Of a stretch of 64,000 bases of DNA, positions 1 through 8,819 are shown in pieces (the first letter of the stretch is position 1; the number at the start of each line of letters is the position of its first letter). The translations under genes and the position numbers were made by a program. The stretch is from an uncultured Bacteroidales bacterium (lineage in GTDB: Bacteria > Bacteroidota > Bacteroidia > Bacteroidales > UBA10428): assembly GCA_964634105.1 (NCBI GenBank), contig CAZWIU010000009.1, positions 263 through 64,262 on the forward strand. Direction: 5' to 3'. The notes below the pieces were generated by a model. It did not search any database, had not been told where the DNA came from, and saw only the letters and a program-made list of their open reading frames with translations.

Positions 1-176
1 GCATTTTTGATTTAGTGGGTTTAAACAATTAAAATTAGAATTTATGCCACAAGGACACTACGACACAATGGTTTCACAAATATGCAACAGGCTAAATATA
101 AACTTCTTAGTGTTTTCTTTGAGCCTTGGTGATTTAGTGGCATATAAATTTTTTAACTTTTACCGGACAACAGTGA
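1..176. repeat. Dispersed 176-bp repeat, copy A (may continue left of the window)
   Basis: Aligns without indels to 48767..48942, with 5 substitutions in 176 nt by eye. Internal inverted arms are ATGCCACAAGG (44..54) and CCTTGGTGATTTAGTGGCAT (124..143). An 11-nt direct repeat TGATTTAGTGG occurs at 8..18 and 130..140. Confidence 0.9.
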
Positions 177-408
177 TTGTTAAATCGTGAAATTGTTCTT
201 TCCTGCCTAGCAACGTCGACAGGCAGGATTTAATCGTGTGCCTGATAGTTTTCAGTTACACAGTTAAACAATTAACCAGTTACACCCACCTCCTCCCGCT
301 TTAGGCGAGATTTGTCGGGCAAGCAGTTCAACATAAACGGGATGGTTAACACCCCTGTATTCCTGAACTTTTTAAAATATATATTGTTTACTTTATAAAC
401 TTGAAAAC

Positions 409-990
409 ATGGCATTTACTCTTAGCATAGGTGATAAAGCTCCCGATTTCGAGCTTATTGCCACCGACAATAATAAATACTCATTATCCGATTTTGATGG
501 ATCGGAAGTATTGGTTATTTTTTTTACGTGTAATCATTGTCCGTATGTGCTAGGCTCGGATGAAGTTACCCGTCAGACAGCCCTGAAGTTTCAGGATAAT
601 GGGGTCCGGTTTGTGGCCATCAATTCAAATAGTGCGAATACATACCCGGAGGACGATTTTGCACATATGGTACAACGAATGCAGGAGAAAAAGTTTCCAT
701 GGGTATATTTATATGATGAAACTCAGGAAGTTGCTTTAAAATATGGTGCGCTGAGGACTCCCCATTTCTTTATTTTCGACCGTATGCGAAGATTAGTATA
801 TACGGGAAGGGGAGTTGATAATCCGCGCGATACATCGAAAATGACAGTAAACGATCTCGACAGGACCCTTACAGAAATATCGGAAGGCAAAAAAATCAGC
901 ATCAACATGACTAATCCTATAGGATGCAATGTTAAATGGGAGGGTAAAGATGCCCACTGGATGCCGGCGGATGCATGCGATCTCGTATAG
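409..990 (+). CDS. Thioredoxin-fold thiol-disulfide oxidoreductase (TlpA/AhpC-TSA-like redoxin)
   Basis: 193-aa ORF with an ATG start. Carries the CxxC redox motif [10 protein letters not shown] and redoxin-like core strings VRFVAINSN and [10 protein letters not shown]. Confidence 0.8.
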   Translation: MAFTLSIGDKAPDFELIATDNNKYSLSDFDGSEVLVIFFTCNHCPYVLGSDEVTRQTALKFQDNGVRFVAINSNSANTYPEDDFAHMVQRMQEKKFPWVYLYDETQEVALKYGALRTPHFFIFDRMRRLVYTGRGVDNPRDTSKMTVNDLDRTLTEISEGKKISINMTNPIGCNVKWEGKDAHWMPADACDLV

Positions 991-1384
991 TACGTTTACT
1001 ATTCTGAATGCAGATAGCAGGCTTCGTGATATCTAAGCTGAATTTTTTCAATCATTTCCCAGTATTATTGTATCAGATACTGTCGTTAGAAAAAAATTAT
1101 TAACAAGTATATATAGCTTGCAGTTGAAGGTCTTTATTAACCCAGGCACGGCCATTCGATGGTTGGAACTTTCCTGAAAATTTCAGGAAACTCAGAATTC
1201 CTGCGCTATTCAGAGTAACAAATTTAACTCTCCCTTCGTTAAAGCTCTTAAATAGACCAGTATAAACTGTTTTTTGCCAATAATATTGAACTTGTAATTA
1301 GAACTATTTGTAAAAGCGTTGTTAAATATAAATTTTGTTTTCGATAATTTAGGTTGTAATTTGAATCTGTAAAATACTTGCACT

Positions 1385-1813
1385 ATGAGATCTTCAATTA
1401 TTCTTATAATCATTGCCAGCATGCTTACGTTGAGCAGTTGCAATTATTTCAAGAAGCATCGGTTATTCTCAAAAGATGTCGATACTGTTCTTGATATGAC
1501 CATTCAGGAACCAGCTCCGCTGGTTACTGACACTATGCCTGTGATAACAGAACCAATAGTACAGGAACCTGTTAACCAACCTGTTAATGGCAGATATTTT
1601 ATGATCGTAGGGAGTTTTCAAAATAGAAACCTTGCCGATCTCTATTCCGATAAGATTTCAAAAATGGGTTATCAATCGCAGGTGCTCGAAGCTTCCAATG
1701 GATTCTACAGGGTGACAGCTAAATCCTATACTAATTTCAGGCAGGGTGTAAATGAAATTGATGATTTCAGGTCTTCTGTTACGGAAAATGCTTGGTTACA
1801 TGTACAACGATAA
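1385..1813 (+). CDS. SPOR-domain lipoprotein
   Basis: 142 aa. Has a lipoprotein-type signal (IIASMLTLSSC), a Pro/Val-rich linker, and a C-terminal SPOR-like module (YFMIVGSFQNRNLADLYSDKISKMGY...GFYRVTA). Confidence 0.7.
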   Translation: MRSSIILIIIASMLTLSSCNYFKKHRLFSKDVDTVLDMTIQEPAPLVTDTMPVITEPIVQEPVNQPVNGRYFMIVGSFQNRNLADLYSDKISKMGYQSQVLEASNGFYRVTAKSYTNFRQGVNEIDDFRSSVTENAWLHVQR

Positions 1814-1840
1814 TCTCATAGGAAAAATAGATATGGATAA

Positions 1841-1870
1841 AAAGGGAGGCCTGAATAACCTCCCTTTTCT
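1841..1870. terminator. Bidirectional hairpin terminator between convergent genes
   Basis: 9-bp stem AAAGGGAGG (1841..1849) pairs with CCTCCCTTT (1859..1867) around a 9-nt loop. It is T-rich after the stem on the + strand and has a T5 run after the stem on the - strand. Confidence 0.5.
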
Positions 1871-1887
1871 GTTATTATAGCTTTTGC

Positions 1888-3096
1888 TTAGTTATTTCCG
1901 GTCATGATAAAGAGCGGCTGGAATTCAAAACTCTTATAATGTGGGCGCAAACGTTCAGCATTGTAATGCCTTTTAACATCAACCTTTTTATTTGTACTGG
2001 TCACAACATCGATAGGAGCATTGTCGTAACGACCGTTGCGTAATACCACCAGCCGCCCATGTATGCCTTTCAGGATGAGGTCGAGGGCCAGGTTACCATA
2101 AGCCATAGGCACAATAGAATCAATTGCATCGGGATCGCCTCCCCGCACGAGATATCCCAGCTGCTGATTGATCACATTTACCCGCTGTCCGTTGTTGTAT
2201 TTTGGAGATAATTCTTTAATCTTCTCCGAGATCATATCTCCAATACCACCAAGTTTTGCATGTCCATAGGCATCTTTTTCCGTAGAACGATATGTCATAT
2301 CGGTATCACCTGAGAACATAGCACCTTCCGAAGCAAGAACAACGGAGTACCGGCTGGGATTTTTATTTCTGTCTTCAACAAGGAGGGAGGTAAGTCTTTC
2401 GATATCAAATTTATATTCCGGAATCACACAACGGTTGGCAGCTCCGGCCATGGTCGGAAGCATGGCGGTAAAACCTGCATACCGGCCGAATACTTCAAGC
2501 ACCAGGATACGTTCGTGCGATCCTGCAGAGGTACGCAGGGTATTGCACATATGAATTGTCCGCGTAACGCAGGTGCTGAATCCGATACAGTAGTCGGTTC
2601 CGGGAACATCGTTATCCATGGTTTTTGGAATAGCTACAACTTTAACACCTTCCGAAAACAAGCGGACCGAGTAACTTAATGTGTCATCACCACCTATTGG
2701 AATGAGATAATCGATCCCCAGGTAGTCCAGGTTTTTGATTATTTCCGGGGTGAGATCGTTCATCTCGGCAGTATACTTGTCTTTATACTGGGGTGGAACA
2801 CTCGCCAGAGGTACGTGACTTGGGCGGCTTCTGGAAGTATGAAGAAAAGTGCCTCCTGTTCGTCCGGCCTTATTAACAATCTCTTCGGTAAGTACGATAT
2901 ATTTATCGCTGTTATCGGCTTTTTTATCGCGAACAAATTCCAGTATTCCAGCCCATCCCCTTCGTAATCCGAGAACCTGATAACCTTCGCGTATAGCCCG
3001 GATGGTAATTGCCCTGATTGCAGGATTGAGTCCAGGAACATCGCCGCCGCCTGTAAGTATAGCAATAGTGCCTTTTATCTTATTAATATTGACCAT
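1888..3096 (-). CDS. 6-phosphofructokinase, PPi-type signature (copy 1)
   Basis: PFK family motifs GGGDVPGLNP, IGGDDT, PKTMDNDV and EVFGRYAG. The ATG at 3096 (MVNINK...) is preferred over the GTG at 3105 used by the ORF track. Confidence 0.9.
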   Translation of the reverse strand: MVNINKIKGTIAILTGGGDVPGLNPAIRAITIRAIREGYQVLGLRRGWAGILEFVRDKKADNSDKYIVLTEEIVNKAGRTGGTFLHTSRSRPSHVPLASVPPQYKDKYTAEMNDLTPEIIKNLDYLGIDYLIPIGGDDTLSYSVRLFSEGVKVVAIPKTMDNDVPGTDYCIGFSTCVTRTIHMCNTLRTSAGSHERILVLEVFGRYAGFTAMLPTMAGAANRCVIPEYKFDIERLTSLLVEDRNKNPSRYSVVLASEGAMFSGDTDMTYRSTEKDAYGHAKLGGIGDMISEKIKELSPKYNNGQRVNVINQQLGYLVRGGDPDAIDSIVPMAYGNLALDLILKGIHGRLVVLRNGRYDNAPIDVVTSTNKKVDVKRHYNAERLRPHYKSFEFQPLFIMTGNN

Positions 3097-3182
3097 AATG
3101 GCCACTTTTTAATTGGGATTGAGACTTAAAATTAAGGAAATTTTTGTATTCCTTACGATTACAAGCAATGTATTCTAAAAAG

Positions 3183-3208
3183 GAAAAAAAACAGGGCAAA
3201 AGCCCTGT
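3183..3208 (-). terminator. Rho-independent terminator after PFK copy 2
   Basis: On the minus strand, stem ACAGGGC / GCCCTGT (3191..3197 and 3202..3208) has a 4-nt loop and is followed by a run of 8 T. It starts 3 nt after the stop at 3211. Confidence 0.65.
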
Positions 3209-3210
3209 TC

Positions 3211-4431
3211 TCACCATTCAAGTATTTTATAGAAGTCGTATTCTTCAGGGGTTGAAATGAACTTTTTCGCTTCTTTATAGTCTGCCTTTGTAATATAATG
3301 CAGGTTATTATGGAACACCAGTTGGGCTCTTTCTGAATTGATATTTATGAGTCGGGGTTTAACTTTTCCGTTTTCATCTTCAACATCTTTCAGGTAGAGT
3401 GGCGATATATTCCCGGCAGGATCAGCTGTTACCATACAGCCAGAAATACCTTCCTGGAATAATTTCATAATACCTGTACCCAATAAGGTTGCATACGCCA
3501 GGTCAAATGCAATCGGCCTGCAGCACCGTAGTTCATAACCCAACTCATTGGGTCGGCTCTTGATATTCAATCCCAGTTTTTTAAGCTTACGCTGCACAAG
3601 CATGTTAAAGATATGCGACTTACTTACGTTTCCCAGCTCGGGGTGCCCATGATCGTCGTATGTAAAGTTGATACCGGTCCCCTCTATTTCCTCATCGCTC
3701 ATAAAATGAAAAACGCCTTCGCTTACAATAGCTACCCCATAATTAATACCCAGCATTTTACGCTTGATCATCGATGAAATAATGAGCCGGGTTATCTTAT
3801 CGAATGTAACCTTCGATTTATTAAACATTTCAGGAATGATAATCATAGGCATATGACATGCAGTTCCAATACCAAATGCCAGATGACCTGCTTCACGTCC
3901 CATAGCGGAAATGATGAACCAGTTACCACTGGTACGGGCATCCTCATAGATGGTAGTAGCCAGCCGTACGCCTTCCTCTTTCGCCGATTGATAACCAAAT
4001 GTGGGGCTGCCTTCCGGAAGGGGCAGATCGTTATCAATCGTTTTTGGTACATGGATATTTGATACTTTAACATTATTCTTGGCAAGGAATTTTGCCAGGC
4101 GGTTTGCTGTTGAGGCAGTATCATCGCCTCCGATAGTAACTAGAAGTTTTATGTTATTCTCTGTGAAAAAAGTGGTTGTAAATTCGCTGTCCTTTGGTTT
4201 ATATCGGCTCATCTTCAGCGCTGATCCACCACGCGAAAAAATAGTGTCAGCAAAATTAAAATCCAGTTCCTCAAATTTTGGTTCATCTGTAAACAGAGTC
4301 TTATATCCTTCCTGAATACCCAGAACGGTATATCCGGCGTTTAAAAAAACTTTGGTAACCGAACCAATAACCGTATTAATACCTGGTGCGGGGCCACCTG
4401 CGCACAGAATCGCGATTGCATCTTTTTTCAT
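3211..4431 (-). CDS. 6-phosphofructokinase family protein, PPi-type signature (copy 2, divergent)
   Basis: 406 aa. Motifs GGPAPGINT, IGGDDT, PKTIDNDL and SAMGREAGHLA. Only distantly similar to copy 1. Confidence 0.85.
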   Translation of the reverse strand: MKKDAIAILCAGGPAPGINTVIGSVTKVFLNAGYTVLGIQEGYKTLFTDEPKFEELDFNFADTIFSRGGSALKMSRYKPKDSEFTTTFFTENNIKLLVTIGGDDTASTANRLAKFLAKNNVKVSNIHVPKTIDNDLPLPEGSPTFGYQSAKEEGVRLATTIYEDARTSGNWFIISAMGREAGHLAFGIGTACHMPMIIIPEMFNKSKVTFDKITRLIISSMIKRKMLGINYGVAIVSEGVFHFMSDEEIEGTGINFTYDDHGHPELGNVSKSHIFNMLVQRKLKKLGLNIKSRPNELGYELRCCRPIAFDLAYATLLGTGIMKLFQEGISGCMVTADPAGNISPLYLKDVEDENGKVKPRLININSERAQLVFHNNLHYITKADYKEAKKFISTPEEYDFYKILEW

Positions 4432-4605
4432 AATTATATAAAATTAAACTGAATAGGTATTATATTTTTTTATTTGCGCCGCAAATATGAGAATATATTT
4501 TCAATTCTGGTGGTTGCATTTGGCAAATAATTGATTGTCATCAGTGGCAAAACCTCAATAATATCAGATTTACAAAGCATTTGTCAACAACCAATTAGTT
4601 CGGAA

Positions 4606-5868
4606 TTATAATTCGATGGTTTGCTGACGGTTTGGACCAACAGACACAATGCAGATGGGAACGCGAAGTTCTTTCTCAAGGTAATTAATATAGGCAATAA
4701 ATGAACCCGGAAGATCAGAGCGTTCCTTAACAGATGAGAGATCTTCAGTCCAACCATCGAATTCTTTATATATTGGTTCCCGGACAATTGAAAGATCATA
4801 CGGGAGAAAATCTATTGCTCCCTGATCTGTTTTGTATCCTGTACATACCTTAATTTTGGAAAAACCAGAAAGAACATCCGATTTCATCATGATGAGTTTG
4901 GTAACGCCATTCAGCATTACGGCATATTTCAGTGCCGGAAGATCAAGCCAGCCACAGCGTCTCGGTCTGCCAGTTGTTGCCCCGTATTCATGACCTATTT
5001 CGCGTAGTTTCTCACCGGTTGAATCGTTCAGTTCGGTCGGGAAAGGGCCGCCACCAACCCGTGTGCAGTAAGCTTTAAAAATACCAAATACCTCACCAAT
5101 ATGGTTTGGAGGAATTCCCAGACCAGTACAGGCACCTGCGCAGATTGTATTTGATGAGGTGACATATGGATACGAACCGAAATCGATATCAAGCAGGGTC
5201 CCCTGAGCGCCTTCGGCAAGTACTGTTTTTCCTTCACTCAGGGCTGAGTTAATATAAATTTCACTATCAATAAGGGTAAATTCCTTTATAATTTCTATTC
5301 CTTCAAACCATCCTTTTTCATACTCGCTAAGAGAATAATCAAAGTCATATAAAGCCAGAAGTTGTTTATGTTTTGCCGTAAGGGCGTCATATTTTTCTTT
5401 GAACCCCGGAGAAATAATATCTCCGATCCTGAGACCGTTTCTTCCGGTTTTATCCATATAGGTAGGCCCGATACCTTTCAGGGTTGATCCTATTTTTGTA
5501 TTTCCTTTTGCTTTTTCTGTCGCTGCATCAAGAATTCGGTGCGAGGGCAGGATCAGGTGTGCTTTCTTGGAGATTAACAATTTTTTATGGATATCTTTAA
5601 CCAGTGCACGAAGGGAGTCGATTTCTTTGTGAAAAATAATCGGGTCAATTACCACACCATTCCCGATAATATTTACCTGGTTCTCGTGAAAAATGCCGGA
5701 AGGAATTGTATGAAGTACATGACGGATATTCGTGAATTCGAGTGAATGACCTGCATTTGGTCCTCCCTGAAAACGACTGACAATATCATACCTTGGTGTT
5801 AAAACATCCACTACTTTTCCTTTTCCTTCGTCGCCCCATTGGAGGCCTAAGAGAACATCTGCTTTCAT
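4606..5868 (-). CDS. purA: Adenylosuccinate synthase
   Basis: Carries QWGDEGKGK, GPNAGH, TTGRPRRCGW and other PurA hallmarks. The internal ATG at 5868 gives the canonical N-terminus MKADVLLGLQWGDEGKGK. The 15-codon TTG-initiated extension to 5913 looks spurious. Confidence 0.95.
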   Translation of the reverse strand: MKADVLLGLQWGDEGKGKVVDVLTPRYDIVSRFQGGPNAGHSLEFTNIRHVLHTIPSGIFHENQVNIIGNGVVIDPIIFHKEIDSLRALVKDIHKKLLISKKAHLILPSHRILDAATEKAKGNTKIGSTLKGIGPTYMDKTGRNGLRIGDIISPGFKEKYDALTAKHKQLLALYDFDYSLSEYEKGWFEGIEIIKEFTLIDSEIYINSALSEGKTVLAEGAQGTLLDIDFGSYPYVTSSNTICAGACTGLGIPPNHIGEVFGIFKAYCTRVGGGPFPTELNDSTGEKLREIGHEYGATTGRPRRCGWLDLPALKYAVMLNGVTKLIMMKSDVLSGFSKIKVCTGYKTDQGAIDFLPYDLSIVREPIYKEFDGWTEDLSSVKERSDLPGSFIAYINYLEKELRVPICIVSVGPNRQQTIEL

Positions 5869-5979
5869 GCCAAAAAAATACAACGGTTGGGTTAACAAAA
5901 AAATGCGTGCCAAGGTACGAATTATTTCACCAATAGCTCACTAAAAAATTATGGTTGAAAGCAAAAATATCAAACAAAA

Positions 5980-6435
5980 TTACCGTTTGGAGTTCTGACG
6001 GTTAATTTTCTTTCCATAGATATAAAGAGAGTGGTGCGAAGGATTGAATCCATTCAGCTCACATGCTGTCTGAATGATATCAAGCATCCTCGGATCGCAG
6101 AATTCAATAACCTCCCCTGTATCGATATCGATCAGGTGATCATGCTGCATACACTGGTATGCTTTTTCAAATTGAGCCAGGTTTTTACCAAACTGATGTT
6201 TCGTTACCAGATTACAATCCAGCAATAACTCTATTGTGTTATATAATGTTGCCCGACTAACCCTGTATTTCTTGTTTTTCATATAGATATAAAGGGTCTC
6301 AATGTCGAAATGGCCTTCACGGGCATATATTTCGTCAAGAATAGCATAACGCTCAGGGGTCTTCCTATGTCCCTTTTTCTCTAAATAATCTGTAAAGATT
6401 TTTTTTACAGTCTCCCGTACCTCGTGTGAAACCAT
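5980..6435 (-). CDS. Fur family transcriptional regulator
   Basis: 151 aa. Has an N-terminal winged-helix ([14 protein letters not shown]) and a metal-site region ([19 protein letters not shown]) typical of Fur/PerR/Zur. Confidence 0.8.
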   Translation of the reverse strand: MVSHEVRETVKKIFTDYLEKKGHRKTPERYAILDEIYAREGHFDIETLYIYMKNKKYRVSRATLYNTIELLLDCNLVTKHQFGKNLAQFEKAYQCMQHDHLIDIDTGEVIEFCDPRMLDIIQTACELNGFNPSHHSLYIYGKKINRQNSKR

Positions 6436-6504
6436 ATTTAGTCTTATTATAAATAAGAACGAATATAGTGTATTTTTTGTTCGTTTGAATTGGGAAAAAA
6501 TAGA

Positions 6505-8736
6505 TTATACGACCAGGTTTTCTAACCGGCGCACGCTTTCAACGCCTTTTATTTTTCCAATATTCATGATCAGAAGATTCAGGTCCTTGGTATTATGAAC
6601 ATAAAGTTCCATGGTACCGTCCCAGATTCCATCGTGACTTTCGAGATTGATATTCCGGATATTGACGTTCAGTTGTTTTGTGATAGTGGTGGTTATATCG
6701 TTATAGATTCCAAACCGGTCGGTACCCGAAATGGCTATTTTTACCAGAAATGAATAGTATTTATGAGTTGTCCATTGAACCTTCACAATCCGGTTACCGT
6801 GACCTGATGAGATTTTTATTGCATCGCGGCAATTTGCTTTATGGATAACGATCTGATCGAGCTCGTCCTTGATACCGATAACATCATCACCGGGAATAGG
6901 ATTACAGCAATGGGCAATAATATAATCGGTATCAGAACCATCCACATTTTCCCTCAGAAAGAACGGGCCCATAAGACTTTTATCCTTTCCGTTCAGATCT
7001 TTTTCAGGGCGTCTTCCTTTGGAACCAAACTGCAAACTCCAGTATCGGATCCACTTATTCTTGGTGTTCTTTTTAAGGATTTTTTTCAGATCGTCGAGCT
7101 GGATGATGCCGATGCCTATTTTACTGTATAGTTCATCTTTGGAAGTGACCATATAGTTGGGCAGGAGTTTGCGGAAGATCCTGTTGCTGGGTTTCAGTTT
7201 TAACTCTTCGAGTTTGGCCTCGAGTATTTTCTTGCCCTTTTCGATCCGGTTCTTAGTCTCCGACTTTAACGATGCTTTAATAGCCGTTTTAGCCTTGGCC
7301 GTATGTACCTTTTGCAGCCATTCGATACGCGACTGTGGTTTTTCCGATGTAATGATCTCCACCTGGTCGCCGCTTTTCAATTGATGGTTGAGCGGCACAA
7401 GCTTATGATTTACTTTTGCCCCGATAGCCTTATGACCAATCTGCGAATGGATCTCATAAGCGAAATCGAGGGCGATTGATTCATTTGGCATCGATTTAAT
7501 ATCACCCTTGGGAGTAAAAATGAAAATCTCGGATGAGAAAAGATTTAATTTCAGATCGTCAAGAAATTCGAGGGCATCGGAGCTTGGATCTTCAAGTAAT
7601 TCCGTAAGGTGTTTGATCCATTTATCGAGTTCGGCTTCGTACGATGATTTTTCATCTTTATATTTCCAATGGGCAGCAAAACCTTTTTCTGCTATTTCAT
7701 CCATCCGGCGCGACCGGATCTGTACTTCAACCCAGTGGCCTTTTGGTCCCATTACGGTTGCATGGAGGGCTTCGTAACCATTTGCCTTGGGTGTGCTCAC
7801 CCAGTCGCGGATGCGCTCTGGTTTGGGCATATAAATATCAGTAATGAGAGAATAGATATTCCAGCATTGAGTCTTTTCGGGAACATCTTCAATCGGATCA
7901 AAGACAATGCGTATTGCCATCAGGTCATAAATCTCTTCGAAAGGCACGTTCTTTTTCTGCATTTTTTGCCAGATGGAGTAAATCGATTTTTGTCGTGCTG
8001 TGATCTCGAAATTTAAACCAAAGTTCTTAAGGCGGGTTTCAATCGGATTTTTAAATTCTTCAAGAAAAACCTGCTGCGATGTTTCATTCTTCTTCAGCTT
8101 TGTTTCCAGCTCCTCAAAAACCTTTGGATACAAATACTTCAGGCTGAGATCTTCGAGTTCTGTCTTGATGGCATATAACCCAAGACGGTGGGCAAGCGGT
8201 GCAAACAGGTAAATAGTCTCACTGGCAATCTTCATTTGCTTGTGAATCGGAAGGCTATTCAACGTTCGCATATTATGCAGGCGGTCGGCAATTTTAATGA
8301 GGATCACCCGAATATCGTCTGAAAGGGTGAGTAATATTTTCCTGAAATTTTCAGCCTGGCGGGAGGTATTGGCATCAAAAACGCCTGATATTTTTGTTAA
8401 CCCGTCAATGATAGAGGCTATTTTGGGGCCAAAGATCCTTTCTATATCTTCAAGCGTATAATCGGTATCTTCAACAACGTCGTGAAGAAGGGCGCAAATA
8501 ACAGATTTGGTACCTAGTCCGATCTCCTGATTTACAATACGGGCAACAGAAAGCGGGTGCAATATAAATAACTCGCCCGATTTACGCCGCATTCCTTTAT
8601 GTGCATCGAATGAAATTTTAAAAGCCTTTCTTATCAGCGCCTTGTCCCCTTTTTTATCGCAACGGATGCAAGTTGCCAACAGTTGGTTAAATTCCCGCTG
8701 AATCTCAATCTCTTCTGCTGTAAGGACGACATTCAT
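6505..8736 (-). CDS. Long RelA/SpoT homologue (bifunctional (p)ppGpp synthetase/hydrolase architecture)
   Basis: 743 aa. Contains an HD hydrolase motif (HPLSVA...LLHDVVEDT), a synthetase core (YEALHATV, VEVQIRS), a TGS-like region (IFIFTPKGD) and a C-terminal ACT-like region. Confidence 0.95.
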   Translation of the reverse strand: MNVVLTAEEIEIQREFNQLLATCIRCDKKGDKALIRKAFKISFDAHKGMRRKSGELFILHPLSVARIVNQEIGLGTKSVICALLHDVVEDTDYTLEDIERIFGPKIASIIDGLTKISGVFDANTSRQAENFRKILLTLSDDIRVILIKIADRLHNMRTLNSLPIHKQMKIASETIYLFAPLAHRLGLYAIKTELEDLSLKYLYPKVFEELETKLKKNETSQQVFLEEFKNPIETRLKNFGLNFEITARQKSIYSIWQKMQKKNVPFEEIYDLMAIRIVFDPIEDVPEKTQCWNIYSLITDIYMPKPERIRDWVSTPKANGYEALHATVMGPKGHWVEVQIRSRRMDEIAEKGFAAHWKYKDEKSSYEAELDKWIKHLTELLEDPSSDALEFLDDLKLNLFSSEIFIFTPKGDIKSMPNESIALDFAYEIHSQIGHKAIGAKVNHKLVPLNHQLKSGDQVEIITSEKPQSRIEWLQKVHTAKAKTAIKASLKSETKNRIEKGKKILEAKLEELKLKPSNRIFRKLLPNYMVTSKDELYSKIGIGIIQLDDLKKILKKNTKNKWIRYWSLQFGSKGRRPEKDLNGKDKSLMGPFFLRENVDGSDTDYIIAHCCNPIPGDDVIGIKDELDQIVIHKANCRDAIKISSGHGNRIVKVQWTTHKYYSFLVKIAISGTDRFGIYNDITTTITKQLNVNIRNINLESHDGIWDGTMELYVHNTKDLNLLIMNIGKIKGVESVRRLENLVV

Positions 8737-8819
8737 GGATGAAAAAATTATATGTATCTCTGAAATTACTGATCAAAGTTACAATAATTCAAGTAAAATA
8801 GCGCCGGAATCTTTCAAAC

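Noticed and set aside
5869-5913. N-terminal extensions proposed by the ORF track: purA 5869..5913, RlmI-like 23213..23368, PorP/SprF 36335..36466, TPR protein 43613..43702, hypothetical 52716..52751, and histidine kinase 19839..19886.
   Set aside because: The extensions use TTG or other non-ATG starts or run into the upstream gene. Internal ATGs give canonical N-termini or clean signal peptides.
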